Source of the DNA: a virus
Taxonomy: Duplodnaviria; Caudoviricetes
DNA length: 55,115 nucleotides
Strand: one strand, 5' to 3'
IMG/VR virus record: IMGVR_UViG_3300047487_000176
Location: 1-55,115 of that record
The stretch's first letter is position 1, and every line of letters begins with the position of its first letter. Of this stretch, positions 8,109-17,875 are shown in pieces. Under the pieces are notes generated by a model. It did no database searches and was not told the DNA's origin. It saw only the letters and a list, made by a program, of their open reading frames with translations. Made by a program: the position numbers and the translations under genes.

Positions 8109-9742
8109 AGTGGCAACCTCATCTTGTAGTCGGCCGCTTGCTCCGTCCCCACGATCAGCCGCCGGCGTGCCCGCGTGACGCCGACGTACTCGATCCTTCG
8201 CTCCTCGTCGTGCTGGCCCGCGTCGATCCCTTGGGCTTCGGCGATCCGCCGGCTGATCGTCGTCGAGAGCACGACCGTGTCGGCCTCCATGCCCTTGGCC
8301 GCGTGAATCGTGCCGATCCGTATCGCCGGCTTGCTGGCGAGTTCCGCACCGTACTTCTTCGCCGCGGTCCTCCACCGCTCCGCCCCCGCGAAAAGCCCGC
8401 CCCACTCGCCCTTCCGCAGCCTGTCGGCGAATTCCGGCTTCATGCCGGCGTCCTCGAGGTCGCCCGGGAGCACGACCTCCCAACGTCTGAGCGTTTCCTC
8501 CCGCTCCCACGTCTTTTTTGTGCCGCGGGCCATGTTTTTGCCGTCGTTGCTCGGCATGAGTTCGACAGCCGCCGCGAAGTCCTCCGGCGAGCAGTGCTCG
8601 CCGTGCTCGATCGACCACAAAGCGCCGACGGCCCGGTAGAACTTCGTCTGCTCCTTGGCCTTGAGTTTCGCGAACGGCAGCCCAGCCTTTGCCAAGGCTT
8701 CAGCCCAGATGTCGAGCGTGTAGTTGCAGCGGGCCACGACCAGCGTCTGGTCGGTCGGCGTCAGCGACCGGACGATGCTCTCCGCGTACCCACCGCGGAC
8801 GACCTCGCCCTCGTGGTCGGCTGGAGCGATCCCGCGATCCCAGTAGCCGTTCCGCATCTTCTTCAGGCACGCCTCGCCCAGTGCCAGCACCGGGGCCGGG
8901 CATCTCCACGTCTTCTGCATGACCCGCTCTTTGTCGGCCTTCCAACCCATGAAAAACCGCGAGTCGCTCCCTCCGAAGCCGAAGATGGACTGCATTGGGT
9001 CTCCGCCGAGGTACACCCACTGCACCAGCGGTCCCGAGGCGAGCCGGCGGCAGCATCGATCGACCAGCGCGGATGCGTCCTGCTGCTCGTCCATGACCCA
9101 CGCCTTGACGCTCGGAGGCAGTTCGCCCTCCGGGTCCGTCTCCTCCCAGCCATCCGGCGAGAACCTAATCCCACCGAACCTCGCGAGGAGGTCGGTGAAG
9201 TCGAAGCGGTTCTCCAGCCGCTTCGCCATCTCGTACTTCTCGATGTACTGCTTGCAGGTCGAGAACGACGGCACCTCCTCGCCCATTCGTGCCGACCGCA
9301 GGATTGTGTCCTTCAGTGGTTCAAGACGCGACCGGGCCTGCTCCCACACGTTCAGCGCGGCGGCGGCCGACCGCTCTCCCGTGAACCGCGTGTAGCCGGA
9401 GTCGTCGTCGATGATCGACCGCACGTTGACCCCTAAAGCCCCTGCGATCCACTCAGACGACTTGTTCCCGTCGTCCAGCATCTCCCCCTTCTTCACGCCC
9501 AATTGCCTGTAGGCGATGCTGTGGACGGTCCTGAACCACCCGTCCTGCGACAGCGTCTCCGACGGCACACCCCACGCGGCACTGGCCCTGCCGACCGCCT
9601 CGGCCCGGGCGGCCCTCGTGAAACTGGTGAACCCGATGGCGAAAGGGCTACCACCCAAGGCGTTTTTGGCTCCCTCCATGACCCTCAAAAGTTCCGTCGT
9701 CTTTCCCGTGCCTGCCCCACCTACCAATCTTGCCACTTGCAT
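8105..9742 (-). CDS. Superfamily 1 (UvrD/Rep-like) DNA helicase
   Basis: GGAGTGKTT, DEQQD, GDPMQSIF, TIHAAKGMEAD, YVGVTRAR. Confidence 0.92.
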   Translation of the reverse strand: MQVARLVGGAGTGKTTELLRVMEGAKNALGGSPFAIGFTSFTRAARAEAVGRASAAWGVPSETLSQDGWFRTVHSIAYRQLGVKKGEMLDDGNKSSEWIAGALGVNVRSIIDDDSGYTRFTGERSAAAALNVWEQARSRLEPLKDTILRSARMGEEVPSFSTCKQYIEKYEMAKRLENRFDFTDLLARFGGIRFSPDGWEETDPEGELPPSVKAWVMDEQQDASALVDRCCRRLASGPLVQWVYLGGDPMQSIFGFGGSDSRFFMGWKADKERVMQKTWRCPAPVLALGEACLKKMRNGYWDRGIAPADHEGEVVRGGYAESIVRSLTPTDQTLVVARCNYTLDIWAEALAKAGLPFAKLKAKEQTKFYRAVGALWSIEHGEHCSPEDFAAAVELMPSNDGKNMARGTKKTWEREETLRRWEVVLPGDLEDAGMKPEFADRLRKGEWGGLFAGAERWRTAAKKYGAELASKPAIRIGTIHAAKGMEADTVVLSTTISRRIAEAQGIDAGQHDEERRIEYVGVTRARRRLIVGTEQAADYKMRLPL

Positions 9743-9836
9743 GACCACTTCTCCAAGGGGTGCCAGAAAACGTGGATCACGCAAGTCCTTGCCGCCACAC
9801 GACTTGCGAAGCAAAAACCACGTTTCCACGTTTCCA

Positions 9837-11561
9837 TCAGTTTTTTTCGATTCTCAAAGGGACTTCCTCGTGAATAGAAAAGGCCGTCTCGCTCTCGGCC
9901 CCGAATTCACCTGCCGCCAGACGCTCTAGGACGCGGATGTGCTGGCTTGTGAACCGGACGAACCGGCGGCTGCTGTCGCCCTCCCCGGCCGATCTGGAGG
10001 CCGGCAGGCTCTTCTGGCCGACGCCCGCCAGAAGCATCTTCTTGATGGTCAGGATGTCGCCGTCCTCGAGTTTCCTCCGGCCGCGGTCAACCATCTCCCA
10101 CGCCTTCATCCATCCGAACCACAACTCCCAGACCCCGTCGCGGCCACGGACCCACGCCGGCATCCCCGTGACGTCCGGGCTGCCGCTCTCCTCGGCGTCG
10201 TCGTCCGGCTTGGGGGTCATCATCAGGACGTCGAGCAGCCAACCCGCGACCGTCGCGAATCGGCAGTTCTCCGCTGTAGCCGGCTCTTGAGTGGACTCGT
10301 CCATCAGTTTCGCCTTGAGGCCGCGGACGGCCGGCTTCCCCTTCTTCTTCCCCTGCCCGTTCCAGATCGTGAACCACTCCTCCGGCACCTCGTCCACGAT
10401 GACGGTGTGCGTCGATTCGAGGATCGCTTGGGCGACCTTCGCCGCCGACCGGAACACTTCCACGCTGAGTGGCACGGAGACCTTCACAGTCTTCTGCTCG
10501 CCGCCGACCTCCCTGAACACAGGCACCGTGAGCGAGTACCTGACCGGGTCGCCGTGGATCACCTTCAGGTGCCACTGGCCGGGCCACCACTGCTCGCCGT
10601 CGTACCGCAGGCCGGTGAAGGTGAACGGCAGGTCTTTTTTGGCGTCCTCCGTCGGCTCCTCGGCCCCCTTCTCGAGCCGCTCCGCCACGGCCTTCGCCTT
10701 CTCGGCCTCGTCCGCGACGCCCTGAGCACGCTTCCGCGTCGCCCACTGCAACTCGTGGCGGAAGATGTTCTCGATCTCTTCCTCGCCCTTCGGCGGATTG
10801 CACTTGGTCGTGTTGATCGCCTTGATCAACTCCAGAACATCCTGCTGCTCGACAGGGTCGTGGACGTTGACCATGTTGATGCACTGACGCGCCGCGAACC
10901 GGACCAGAGAGTGGTGGCGGTCGCCCTCCCCTGCCGGCTTGTAAAGGATCATGTTCGCCGACGGTTGCCGCTCGCCGCCTTCCTCGCCGGCGTCGTTCAC
11001 GATCGCGACGAGCAGTTCCTTCGGCAGTTCAGCGACTTCGCAGTCCTCTGGACTCATCCCGTTGACCCACGAGTAGGACGCCCCGCTGGCGTGGGCGCTC
11101 GGCGGCATGATCGACTGCGCTCCGCGGGCGCCTCCGCCGATGCGAATCTCGAGGCCGGAGAGTTTGTGGACGGCCTTCTGCGGAAGGCGACGGTCCCACT
11201 TGAAAAGCCGGTGCGTCGATCGCTTCGACGTGAACGTGGGCGTGTACGCCTTGTCGATTCCGAACCGCTCGGCCGTCTTCCGGCCCTGCTCGGTGTCGAA
11301 CTCGATGTCGATGATCCCGCTCTTCTCACCCAGTTGGACGCCGACGTTGTACTTCCTCGACCCGTCGAACCAGTGACCCAACTCGTCCTCGTCGATCGTG
11401 GCCTTGTGCTGCCACGCGGTCAGCACAGGGTGCTTCCCGGGCGTCGCGCACTCCGGGTTCAAGCATGTGCATTTGTCGCCGTTCAATCCGTGGCACGGCA
11501 CGACGTACCATCCCCGCGCCGCGTACTGGGCTGCCCACTTGAACTTGGTGTCACTCATCAA
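9837..11561 (-). CDS. Bifunctional primase/polymerase (Prim-Pol) protein with PriCT-like region
   Basis: GWYVVPCH..C.C...C..PGKHP, NVGV, IDIEFD, H, PPSAHASG.YSW; EGDRHHSL. Confidence 0.85.
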   Translation of the reverse strand: MMSDTKFKWAAQYAARGWYVVPCHGLNGDKCTCLNPECATPGKHPVLTAWQHKATIDEDELGHWFDGSRKYNVGVQLGEKSGIIDIEFDTEQGRKTAERFGIDKAYTPTFTSKRSTHRLFKWDRRLPQKAVHKLSGLEIRIGGGARGAQSIMPPSAHASGASYSWVNGMSPEDCEVAELPKELLVAIVNDAGEEGGERQPSANMILYKPAGEGDRHHSLVRFAARQCINMVNVHDPVEQQDVLELIKAINTTKCNPPKGEEEIENIFRHELQWATRKRAQGVADEAEKAKAVAERLEKGAEEPTEDAKKDLPFTFTGLRYDGEQWWPGQWHLKVIHGDPVRYSLTVPVFREVGGEQKTVKVSVPLSVEVFRSAAKVAQAILESTHTVIVDEVPEEWFTIWNGQGKKKGKPAVRGLKAKLMDESTQEPATAENCRFATVAGWLLDVLMMTPKPDDDAEESGSPDVTGMPAWVRGRDGVWELWFGWMKAWEMVDRGRRKLEDGDILTIKKMLLAGVGQKSLPASRSAGEGDSSRRFVRFTSQHIRVLERLAAGEFGAESETAFSIHEEVPLRIEKN

Positions 11562-11562
11562 A

Positions 11563-12264
11563 TCACTCCTTTGATTGATCGCTTCTCCAACTCTTCTGGT
11601 TTTCTTCCGGCGTCACCAACCGGAGGCGGCAGTGCGACTGGTGGTACAGAACCCAAGCCTTCTCAAATTCCTCGTCGGCCAGCACCCAGCCGCCGAGGTC
11701 GTCCTGCTTGAGCGGAATGCTCTCTGCCGGGTGGGGCCAGCCGGCCAGAAAGTCGTCACGCAGTTTCGCGAACGTCAGCGGGCGGACGTGATCGACTTGG
11801 CAGGTGTCCCAAGTGATCGGCTTTCCGCTGATGTCGCTGGTCAGTGACGAGGACGACGCGAATCGCAGCCTCTTGTAGGCCCGAACGTCGCGGTCGACCG
11901 CCACACGCATCCCGTGCGTCAGCCAACTCGACCGCTTCCTGAATCCGGTGCAGCACTGAACCCAAGAAAACGAGATTTCCAGACCTCCGCGGTAGACGAC
12001 GAACGTGTGATTGCACGCCGCTTTTCGCAGGACAGCCTTGGCGGATTCGTGCCGCACACGAACGCCGATGACCTCGTCCTCAAGGCCGGGGAGAATCTTC
12101 TCGTCAGGCATACTGTGACGCTGGCGGATCAGATTCAGCATGAAGTCTCCGCACTCGATGAGTTCGCCATCTGCCGTGGCCGATATGGCATTGCGGCAGT
12201 ACGCAACCAGTTCTTTCAGGCTCGCGAACTCGACGCCGGCGACCATTGTCTTTTTTCGAGCCAC
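11563..12264 (-). CDS. DCL/DUF3223-like domain fused to HNH-like domain
   Basis: HTFVVYRGG.EISFSWVQC then QVDH...LRLVTPEEN. Confidence 0.5.
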   Translation of the reverse strand: MARKKTMVAGVEFASLKELVAYCRNAISATADGELIECGDFMLNLIRQRHSMPDEKILPGLEDEVIGVRVRHESAKAVLRKAACNHTFVVYRGGLEISFSWVQCCTGFRKRSSWLTHGMRVAVDRDVRAYKRLRFASSSSLTSDISGKPITWDTCQVDHVRPLTFAKLRDDFLAGWPHPAESIPLKQDDLGGWVLADEEFEKAWVLYHQSHCRLRLVTPEENQKSWRSDQSKE

Positions 12265-12297
12265 TGAAAAGCCTCCTTCTGGCGTGCCTTCAGTGAG

Positions 12298-12591
12298 TCA
12301 GTTCCAAGCCGCGAAGTTCGGCCTGTCGACGATGCTGCTCGGCGCATCGTGAACAATCGTCGTGGTGCACATGCCAGTCTTTTCGTCCCACACTCGCCGG
12401 AACTCCGCGATCTGATCGCTGTCGGGGTGTATGTCCCATGACACGACAGCGCCGAACGTCTCGTAGGCCAACGAGAATGCGTCCACTCTCAGGATCGTGG
12501 ACGACCCTCGGTCGTTGCCGATGAAAGTCCCGACAGCGGCGAAAACATTGGCAACGCTTGACGGGCAATCCAACTTGATTCGCATGATCAT
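12298..12591 (-). CDS. Hypothetical protein
   Basis: AAGGA SD upstream. Confidence 0.5.
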   Translation of the reverse strand: MIMRIKLDCPSSVANVFAAVGTFIGNDRGSSTILRVDAFSLAYETFGAVVSWDIHPDSDQIAEFRRVWDEKTGMCTTTIVHDAPSSIVDRPNFAAWN

Positions 12592-12619
12592 GTTTCGATT
12601 CCTTGTTGTTGAAGAAGTG

Positions 12620-12662
12620 TGAAACCCCCCCGCCGCCCCGACCTCTCGATCGGGGCGGCGGG
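12620..12662 (-). terminator. 13-bp GC hairpin, possible intrinsic terminator/attenuator
   Basis: CCCGCCGCCCCGA-N8-TCGGGGCGGCGGG followed by only a weak U tract on the minus strand. Confidence 0.45.
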
Positions 12663-12802
12663 TCAGGTTCGCCCGCCGGCGTGGTGGAATACGACACCAG
12701 AGGCTCGGTCAGACTTCCGGTCGGTTACGACGCCACCGCCGGCTGGGCGGCCGGCTCGTCGCGACGATGACGACGAGTGCGCCGCCGGCCCGGCGGGATG
12801 CA

Positions 12803-13594
12803 CTACTCGTCGCTCTCGACCACCTCGGCGGCGACGGCGCCGCCGCTGAACGTCGTGAACATCCGGGTCAGCGACTCCGTGTAGAGACGGCGAGCGACCT
12901 CGCCCTCCTCCTCGGAGATCGTGCCCACGAGCCGCGGGACGATCTGGGAGTACGGCTGGCCGCCGGCACCCTTCGCCTTCTGCAACTTGAGTCCGATCAC
13001 GCACTCGTAGTGGAAGGCCGGCAGCCGCTTCCGAAACGGCAGCCACGACGGCAGCGACCCCGGCCCGACGGTCACGAGCACCGGCCAGACGTCGCCCTGA
13101 CGAAGGATCGCGAGGATGCGACTCTCCTTCACCCGCTTCGCACCACCCTTCGACGAGCCGAACCCAAACTCCGGCGAGATCGAGATCGCCGCCCAGTCGT
13201 AGAGACGATCGCCGATGCGATACTTCTCCAGCGCCGCCGGCGAAATCTCACTCCCGAGATCGTCCGAGAGACGTCGCGCGACGATGAGGTCGCGCGACTC
13301 GAGGATCGGACGCTGCTCGCTGGGGTCGAGCGACGGCCACAGGTAGCCGCGCTTCCCCTCGCCGACGAGCAGTCCCTTCAGTTCATCGGTGCTCTCGGTA
13401 TTCCCGTCCACGTCGATCTGCCACGTCGTCGACCCGCCCAGCGGTGTCTTCACGCGGACCAAATCCATCTCCCGCATCTGCTCACCATCCAGATTGCTCT
13501 GGATGATGCGTGCCTGCCGACTGTTCGGCTGAAGGCACGGGTAGGCGACCTCTGTGGTCGCCGTCGCAATCGCTGTGGTAGCCATTTGTGGCAT
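12803..13594 (-). CDS. Putative ssDNA-binding/recombination protein
   Basis: Position in replication module, strong SD, acidic C-terminus VVESDE. Confidence 0.45.
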   Translation of the reverse strand: MPQMATTAIATATTEVAYPCLQPNSRQARIIQSNLDGEQMREMDLVRVKTPLGGSTTWQIDVDGNTESTDELKGLLVGEGKRGYLWPSLDPSEQRPILESRDLIVARRLSDDLGSEISPAALEKYRIGDRLYDWAAISISPEFGFGSSKGGAKRVKESRILAILRQGDVWPVLVTVGPGSLPSWLPFRKRLPAFHYECVIGLKLQKAKGAGGQPYSQIVPRLVGTISEEEGEVARRLYTESLTRMFTTFSGGAVAAEVVESDE

Positions 13595-13630
13595 ACTCCT
13601 GTCGTGTAGATCAGACCATCAACCTCTGCG

Positions 13631-14080
13631 TCACCCGACCGTCGTGTGCCGCAGTTTCGGCGAGACGAACTCGCCGACGATCCCGTCGAACTCCGTCCCA
13701 GCCGAGTAAGGCAGGCTGGGGTCCGTCCCAGCCTCTCGTGCCCTCTCGGTCAGCAAGGCTTTCAGCCTTGCTGTGTTCACCTGCGTGACCGCCTCCAGCA
13801 GCCCCGCCGATCGGGCGGCCTCCATCACCGCCTCCTTTCGCGCCTCCGGCGCAGAGAACGAGTGTGTCCACTCGATCCTCCAACTCCTCCCTGCCGCCCG
13901 GACTCCGTCCAAGCGTTGTCCCTGAAACTCTTCGATCGCGATCGACTCGTAGTGGTCGCGCTTTTTCTTGAGCGCGTCGATCTGGTCGTTGAGCGCGGCA
14001 ACCTGCTTGTCAATCGCCGTGATCTCAGCGAGCGCCGTTTGCAGTGCCGGCGCGTCGTTCATATCCGTCGATGATGTCAC
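13631..14080 (-). CDS. Coiled-coil replication-module protein (Gp157-like)
   Basis: N-terminal coiled coil; located between helicase and SSB-like gene. Confidence 0.45.
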   Translation of the reverse strand: MTSSTDMNDAPALQTALAEITAIDKQVAALNDQIDALKKKRDHYESIAIEEFQGQRLDGVRAAGRSWRIEWTHSFSAPEARKEAVMEAARSAGLLEAVTQVNTARLKALLTERAREAGTDPSLPYSAGTEFDGIVGEFVSPKLRHTTVG

Positions 14081-15425
14081 TGAGCACCTCCCTTCGATCC
14101 CTCAGAGCCTCGTACACGCGGCCGTCCACCGTGGAGCGGCCGTCGATTGTCGCCACTAGATGCCAAATAGACACCTTGCGTTCCTGCCCGGGGCGATGCA
14201 GACGCGCAACCGCCTGAAGGTATTCAGCCAGTGAGTAGCCTAGCGAGAAGAAGACCGCGAAACGTGCCCGCGTCAGATCGATCCCGATGCCGCCCGACTG
14301 AATCTGCACGATGAGCACGTTCGTCTTCCCGGCCTGCCAGTCGGCGAGATCGTCTGCGGAGCCGCTGAGTTCGCCCCACGATCGCTTGAGCCGCTCACAC
14401 GCGGCTCGCGCCGCCACGATGTCGCTCCTGAAGCGACAGAACACGACCCACGGCTCGTCAGCGGGGGAATCCCACAGCATATCCTCGAGGACTCCGGCCT
14501 TCGCGGGGTCGGCGACAATCTGCCTCGCGAGGCTCTCGCCGTCATACGTCACCGCACCACCGCAAACCTGTTGCAGGCGTAGCAGTTGGACGAGAGCGTT
14601 CGCCGGCGTGATCGTGCCCTGCTCGAGCACAGCACAGAACTCACGCTCGATCTCGCGGTAGACCTTCGCTTCCTGCGGCGACAGGTCGCACGGCAGGTCG
14701 ATGAATTGTATTTGTGGGAGGTCTAGAACATCAGCGGCCACCGCACGGTGCGTCGTGGCGGCCACGCGGCGATGAGCGTCGTCGAGGTTCTTGTAGCCGA
14801 TGACGAAGTTCTGGCCGGGGGCGATCATCGCGTACCGGGCCTTGTGCAGCGTGTACGTCGTGCCGAACGTCTGGCATTCAGGACTCTCGACGGCTCGCCA
14901 GATGCCGTAGCAGTCGAGGACACTATGCGGGATCATCGTGCCGGAGAGTCCGATCTTCACGGCCTCGGCGTTCTTTTTGCACACCCGGCTCGCCCAGCGG
15001 CTCGCAGCCCCGCTCGGACTCTTGAGCCGATGCACCTCGTCCCAGACGATCGCCGACCACTTGGTCTTCTCGATGATCGGCATCCGCCACGCCGTCTCGT
15101 AGTTGACTACGAAGACCACGGGCGTGCGATCGGCGAGCGCGGCCTCGACCTGCTTGACCTTCTGGGCGCTCGTGCCCTTCGTGAGGGCGACGACGCGGAC
15201 GTCAGGCCACCAGAGGCTGCATTGCTTGACCCACGCCGCGATCACGGCCTTCGGGCAAGAGACAAGCACGGAGAACCCGCCGCGATCGCCGCGAGCCATG
15301 CGGCGCCTCAGAATCTCGATGGCCGTGCGGGTCTTGCCGCACCCCATCTCGTGGTGGAGCAGCACCGCGGTGCGGTCCTCGCTCCACTTGATTGCGTCGC
15401 GCTGATGCGACCACAGGCCGTCCAT
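14025..15425 (-). CDS. SNF2-family (SF2) helicase
   Basis: EMGCGKT, DEVH, LSGT, GGIGIDL, QAVARLHRPGQ. Confidence 0.92.
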   Translation of the reverse strand: MDGLWSHQRDAIKWSEDRTAVLLHHEMGCGKTRTAIEILRRRMARGDRGGFSVLVSCPKAVIAAWVKQCSLWWPDVRVVALTKGTSAQKVKQVEAALADRTPVVFVVNYETAWRMPIIEKTKWSAIVWDEVHRLKSPSGAASRWASRVCKKNAEAVKIGLSGTMIPHSVLDCYGIWRAVESPECQTFGTTYTLHKARYAMIAPGQNFVIGYKNLDDAHRRVAATTHRAVAADVLDLPQIQFIDLPCDLSPQEAKVYREIEREFCAVLEQGTITPANALVQLLRLQQVCGGAVTYDGESLARQIVADPAKAGVLEDMLWDSPADEPWVVFCRFRSDIVAARAACERLKRSWGELSGSADDLADWQAGKTNVLIVQIQSGGIGIDLTRARFAVFFSLGYSLAEYLQAVARLHRPGQERKVSIWHLVATIDGRSTVDGRVYEALRDRREVLSDIIDGYERRAGTANGAR

Positions 15426-15474
15426 GCCGCTCCTCCTTGGCGGGCGGCATGGTACGCGGCTGCTAGGCGGCCAG

Positions 15475-16047
15475 TCAAGAGAAATCCCGAGGCCGCCCCA
15501 CCTTCCCTCCGGCGTGCTGCTGCTGCCTCACGATCTTCGCGTTTTCGAGGCAGGACTTCCTCGAGCAGATGTAGACCGCTCGGTGCCGCGTGAGGACTTG
15601 ATCGCGTGAGTGGAGCCGCCTGCCGACGATGTCGCCGGCCTTGATCATCCGCGGCACGAACGACGGGTGGACGCCGAGGATGCCAGCGGCCTCGCGGACG
15701 CCGATGGCGTCGCCGAACGCGATCGGCTCTTCGATCGCCGCGAGTTTGCGAAGCATCGGCTCACGCAGATGAATCCACGCGCGCGGCCGGCGGTCGTTGG
15801 TGCCGCCGCGTGCCTGCACCCTCTCGTCGTACTCGCGGTAGTTCGCGTCGCACTCCGTGCCGTTGTAGAGCACGAACGCCCGCTGCCCAGTGCCGGCGCC
15901 CTCCATCTCGCTGGCCGACAACCAGCCCTTCGACAGCATCCTCGCCGGCACGGACCAGTGCAGGCCCATGATGGCGGCGGCCTCGTGCGGGCCGACGGCC
16001 TGATTCACGGCCTGCCGAATTTCGCTCTCTGTCAGTCGTCTAGCCAT
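15475..16047 (-). CDS. Tandem Xis/MerR-type HTH protein (excisionase- or regulator-like)
   Basis: Two internal repeats VGPHEAAAIMGLHWSVPARMLSKG / IGVREAAGILGVHPSFVPRMIKAG; divergent from recombinase. Confidence 0.6.
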   Translation of the reverse strand: MARRLTESEIRQAVNQAVGPHEAAAIMGLHWSVPARMLSKGWLSASEMEGAGTGQRAFVLYNGTECDANYREYDERVQARGGTNDRRPRAWIHLREPMLRKLAAIEEPIAFGDAIGVREAAGILGVHPSFVPRMIKAGDIVGRRLHSRDQVLTRHRAVYICSRKSCLENAKIVRQQQHAGGKVGRPRDFS

Positions 16048-16096
16048 CGATCGCATCCTCTACGTGTCCGGCGGCAAACTGCTGCCGGTTGGGTGG

Positions 16097-16162
16097 ATTT
16101 TGACGGCGGGAAAGGTGGTTGGCAAACTCCGGTTGACAAGATGCAATGGAGGCGGCAACACT
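16097..16162. promoter_or_regulatory. Divergent sigma70-like promoter pair
   Basis: Minus: TTGCCA-17-CAAAAT (16125 to 16097); plus: TTGACA(16133)-18-AACACT. Confidence 0.5.
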
Positions 16163-16214
16163 CTAACTCCGAGGCGGCTGGACACACCCTCAGAAACGCG
16201 AAAGGAGTCGATAA

Positions 16215-16427
16215 ATGCCCATCCAACGTGCCTATATCGCGGTGATTTCGTGGATCGACGGCGACGTCGAGGACGCCGATGAACTCAGGGTCTTCGCCGA
16301 ATCGGCCGAACAGGCCAAAACGCTCGCCCGGGAAGTCTGGCTCCGAGCCAAGTCGCCCCGGTGGCCGACGTGCCGGATCACCTCGGTGGAGGCTTTCCCC
16401 CCTGCGAGGCTCTCGACGCTTGCGTGA
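16215..16427 (+). CDS. Hypothetical protein
   Basis: AAAGGAG SD before ATG. Confidence 0.65.
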   Translation: MPIQRAYIAVISWIDGDVEDADELRVFAESAEQAKTLAREVWLRAKSPRWPTCRITSVEAFPPARLSTLA

Positions 16428-16466
16428 TCGGAAGGGTGGTGTCACCCTCCGCAGTGAGGTTGCAAC

Positions 16467-17330
16467 ATGACTCACACTCTCCTGTCTGTACTCCACGATC
16501 TGTACGTGCCGCTCAGGTCGCTCTGCCCAAGAAGCGTCGAGAACTACGAATTCACGATTCGTGCGTTTTCGACGTTTCTTGGGCGAGAGGCGACTCTGGA
16601 CGACCTCGACGAACTGACCGTCGCGAGGTACCTAACCAATCGCGTCAAGGAGCGCGCGATCGCCACGGCCGCGAAGGACCGCGCCCAACTCCGCGCACTC
16701 CACGAGTTCAGCGTTCGCCGCAAACTTTGCGACCACTGGCCTCAGTATCCGCCGATTCGGGTGCCCGACCGCGTGCCGGAGGCGTGGTTCTCCGGCGAGA
16801 TGCAGAGGCTTCTTGACAGTGCTGGTCAAGAGAAGACGGTCCTCGACGGCATCCCCGGCGGCTTGTGGTGGCGGGCGCTCCTGCTTCTGGCCTACGACAC
16901 GGCCGAGCGTGCGACCGCTCTGACGAGCCTCCGCTGGAGGAACGTCAGAGGCTCATCGGTCCTCTTCGTGGCCGAGGACCGCAAGGGCCGTCGCCGCGAC
17001 ATCCTCCGCGAGATCGGCGAAGACACTCTGGCGGCGCTTGAAGCGATCCGTGGCGACCGCGGGCCTGACGACCTCGTCTTCCCGTGGCCTCGGACGAAGA
17101 CGTACCTCTGGCGGCGGCTCGAGATCATCCTCGAGCGAGCCGGCCTGCCTCACGGCCGAAGGGACAAGTTCCACAGAATCCGCCGGACGACCGCGTCCTA
17201 CTACGAGGCCGCCGGCGGCTCGGCGCAGCGGCTTCTTGACCATTCCGACCCGGCGACGACGAGGAAATACATCGACCCGCGGATCGTCAGGCCGCAGGCT
17301 GCGCCGGAACTGATCCCGAGGGTGTCGTGA
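16467..17330 (+). CDS. Tyrosine recombinase / integrase
   Basis: Catalytic R(TAER)-K(RKG)-H..R(HRIRR)-H(LDHS)-Y(RKY) with SAM-like core-binding N-domain; GAGG SD. Confidence 0.88.
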   Translation: MTHTLLSVLHDLYVPLRSLCPRSVENYEFTIRAFSTFLGREATLDDLDELTVARYLTNRVKERAIATAAKDRAQLRALHEFSVRRKLCDHWPQYPPIRVPDRVPEAWFSGEMQRLLDSAGQEKTVLDGIPGGLWWRALLLLAYDTAERATALTSLRWRNVRGSSVLFVAEDRKGRRRDILREIGEDTLAALEAIRGDRGPDDLVFPWPRTKTYLWRRLEIILERAGLPHGRRDKFHRIRRTTASYYEAAGGSAQRLLDHSDPATTRKYIDPRIVRPQAAPELIPRVS

Positions 17331-17545
17331 CCGACATCGTGACACGCCTGCGCCGGTGGACGCACGCCGTGGACGCTGCACCGGCGAGCGACCTGATGGA
17401 CGAGGCGGCGGATGAGATTGAGCGGCTTTTGCGAATCATCAACCGGGCGGCAGGAGACTTGAGCAGGCTTCAGGGCGAGAACCTCCGGCTGCGGTCGCTG
17501 TGCGGGCTGGCGGCGAACCAGCCGATACCGGAGATAATGTCGTGA
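17327..17545 (+). CDS. Small phage protein, DIV.RLR...AADEI family
   Basis: GTGA overlap with recombinase; paralogous to 18105 gene. Confidence 0.65.
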   Translation: MTDIVTRLRRWTHAVDAAPASDLMDEAADEIERLLRIINRAAGDLSRLQGENLRLRSLCGLAANQPIPEIMS

Positions 17546-17592
17546 GTGAGAGCCTGAGAAGAACTGACGCCACACGCACTAGGTAACGCCGC

Positions 17593-17769
17593 ATGAACCT
17601 CGCCGCCGCCGCCGAATTCCAGCAGGAGATCGCCCGCCTCCAAGCGGTCATCGACTCACTACGTCAGGAGGTGCGCGAGCAACGCCGGGAGATCGCCGGC
17701 CTGCGCGAAGAGCGGCGAGCGATACTCGACGCGGATCGACCGAGGGTGGATCAAGCGCTCGGAGGATGA
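17593..17769 (+). CDS. 58-aa coiled-coil protein (below ORF-track cutoff)
   Basis: MNLAAAAEFQQEIARLQAVIDSLRQEV...; AGGT upstream. Confidence 0.55.
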   Translation: MNLAAAAEFQQEIARLQAVIDSLRQEVREQRREIAGLREERRAILDADRPRVDQALGG

Positions 17770-17875
17770 CGCCCATCCCATATGCGAAAACCATCAGTAA
17801 TGAGTGTTTTTCACATACGATTTGGGCGGCCGGAACTAGGTAACTTCACAAAGAATTAGGTAGTAAACTAGGTAA
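17770..17875. repeat. AT-rich imperfect palindrome plus ACTAGGTAA repeats (candidate attP / recombinase-binding region)
   Basis: Inverted repeat 17770-17828; AACTAGGTAA at 17834 and 17866, AATTAGGTAG at 17854, ACTAGGTAA at 17578. Confidence 0.5.

Noticed and set aside
8138-11711. Long plus-strand ORFs (432 and 590 aa; likewise 49801-51282 and 51615-53012)
   Set aside because: Antisense shadows of real minus-strand genes caused by high GC3; no motifs
16467-17330. Calling the recombinase intI
   Set aside because: No IntI-specific insertion visible and not adjacent to the attI-like site
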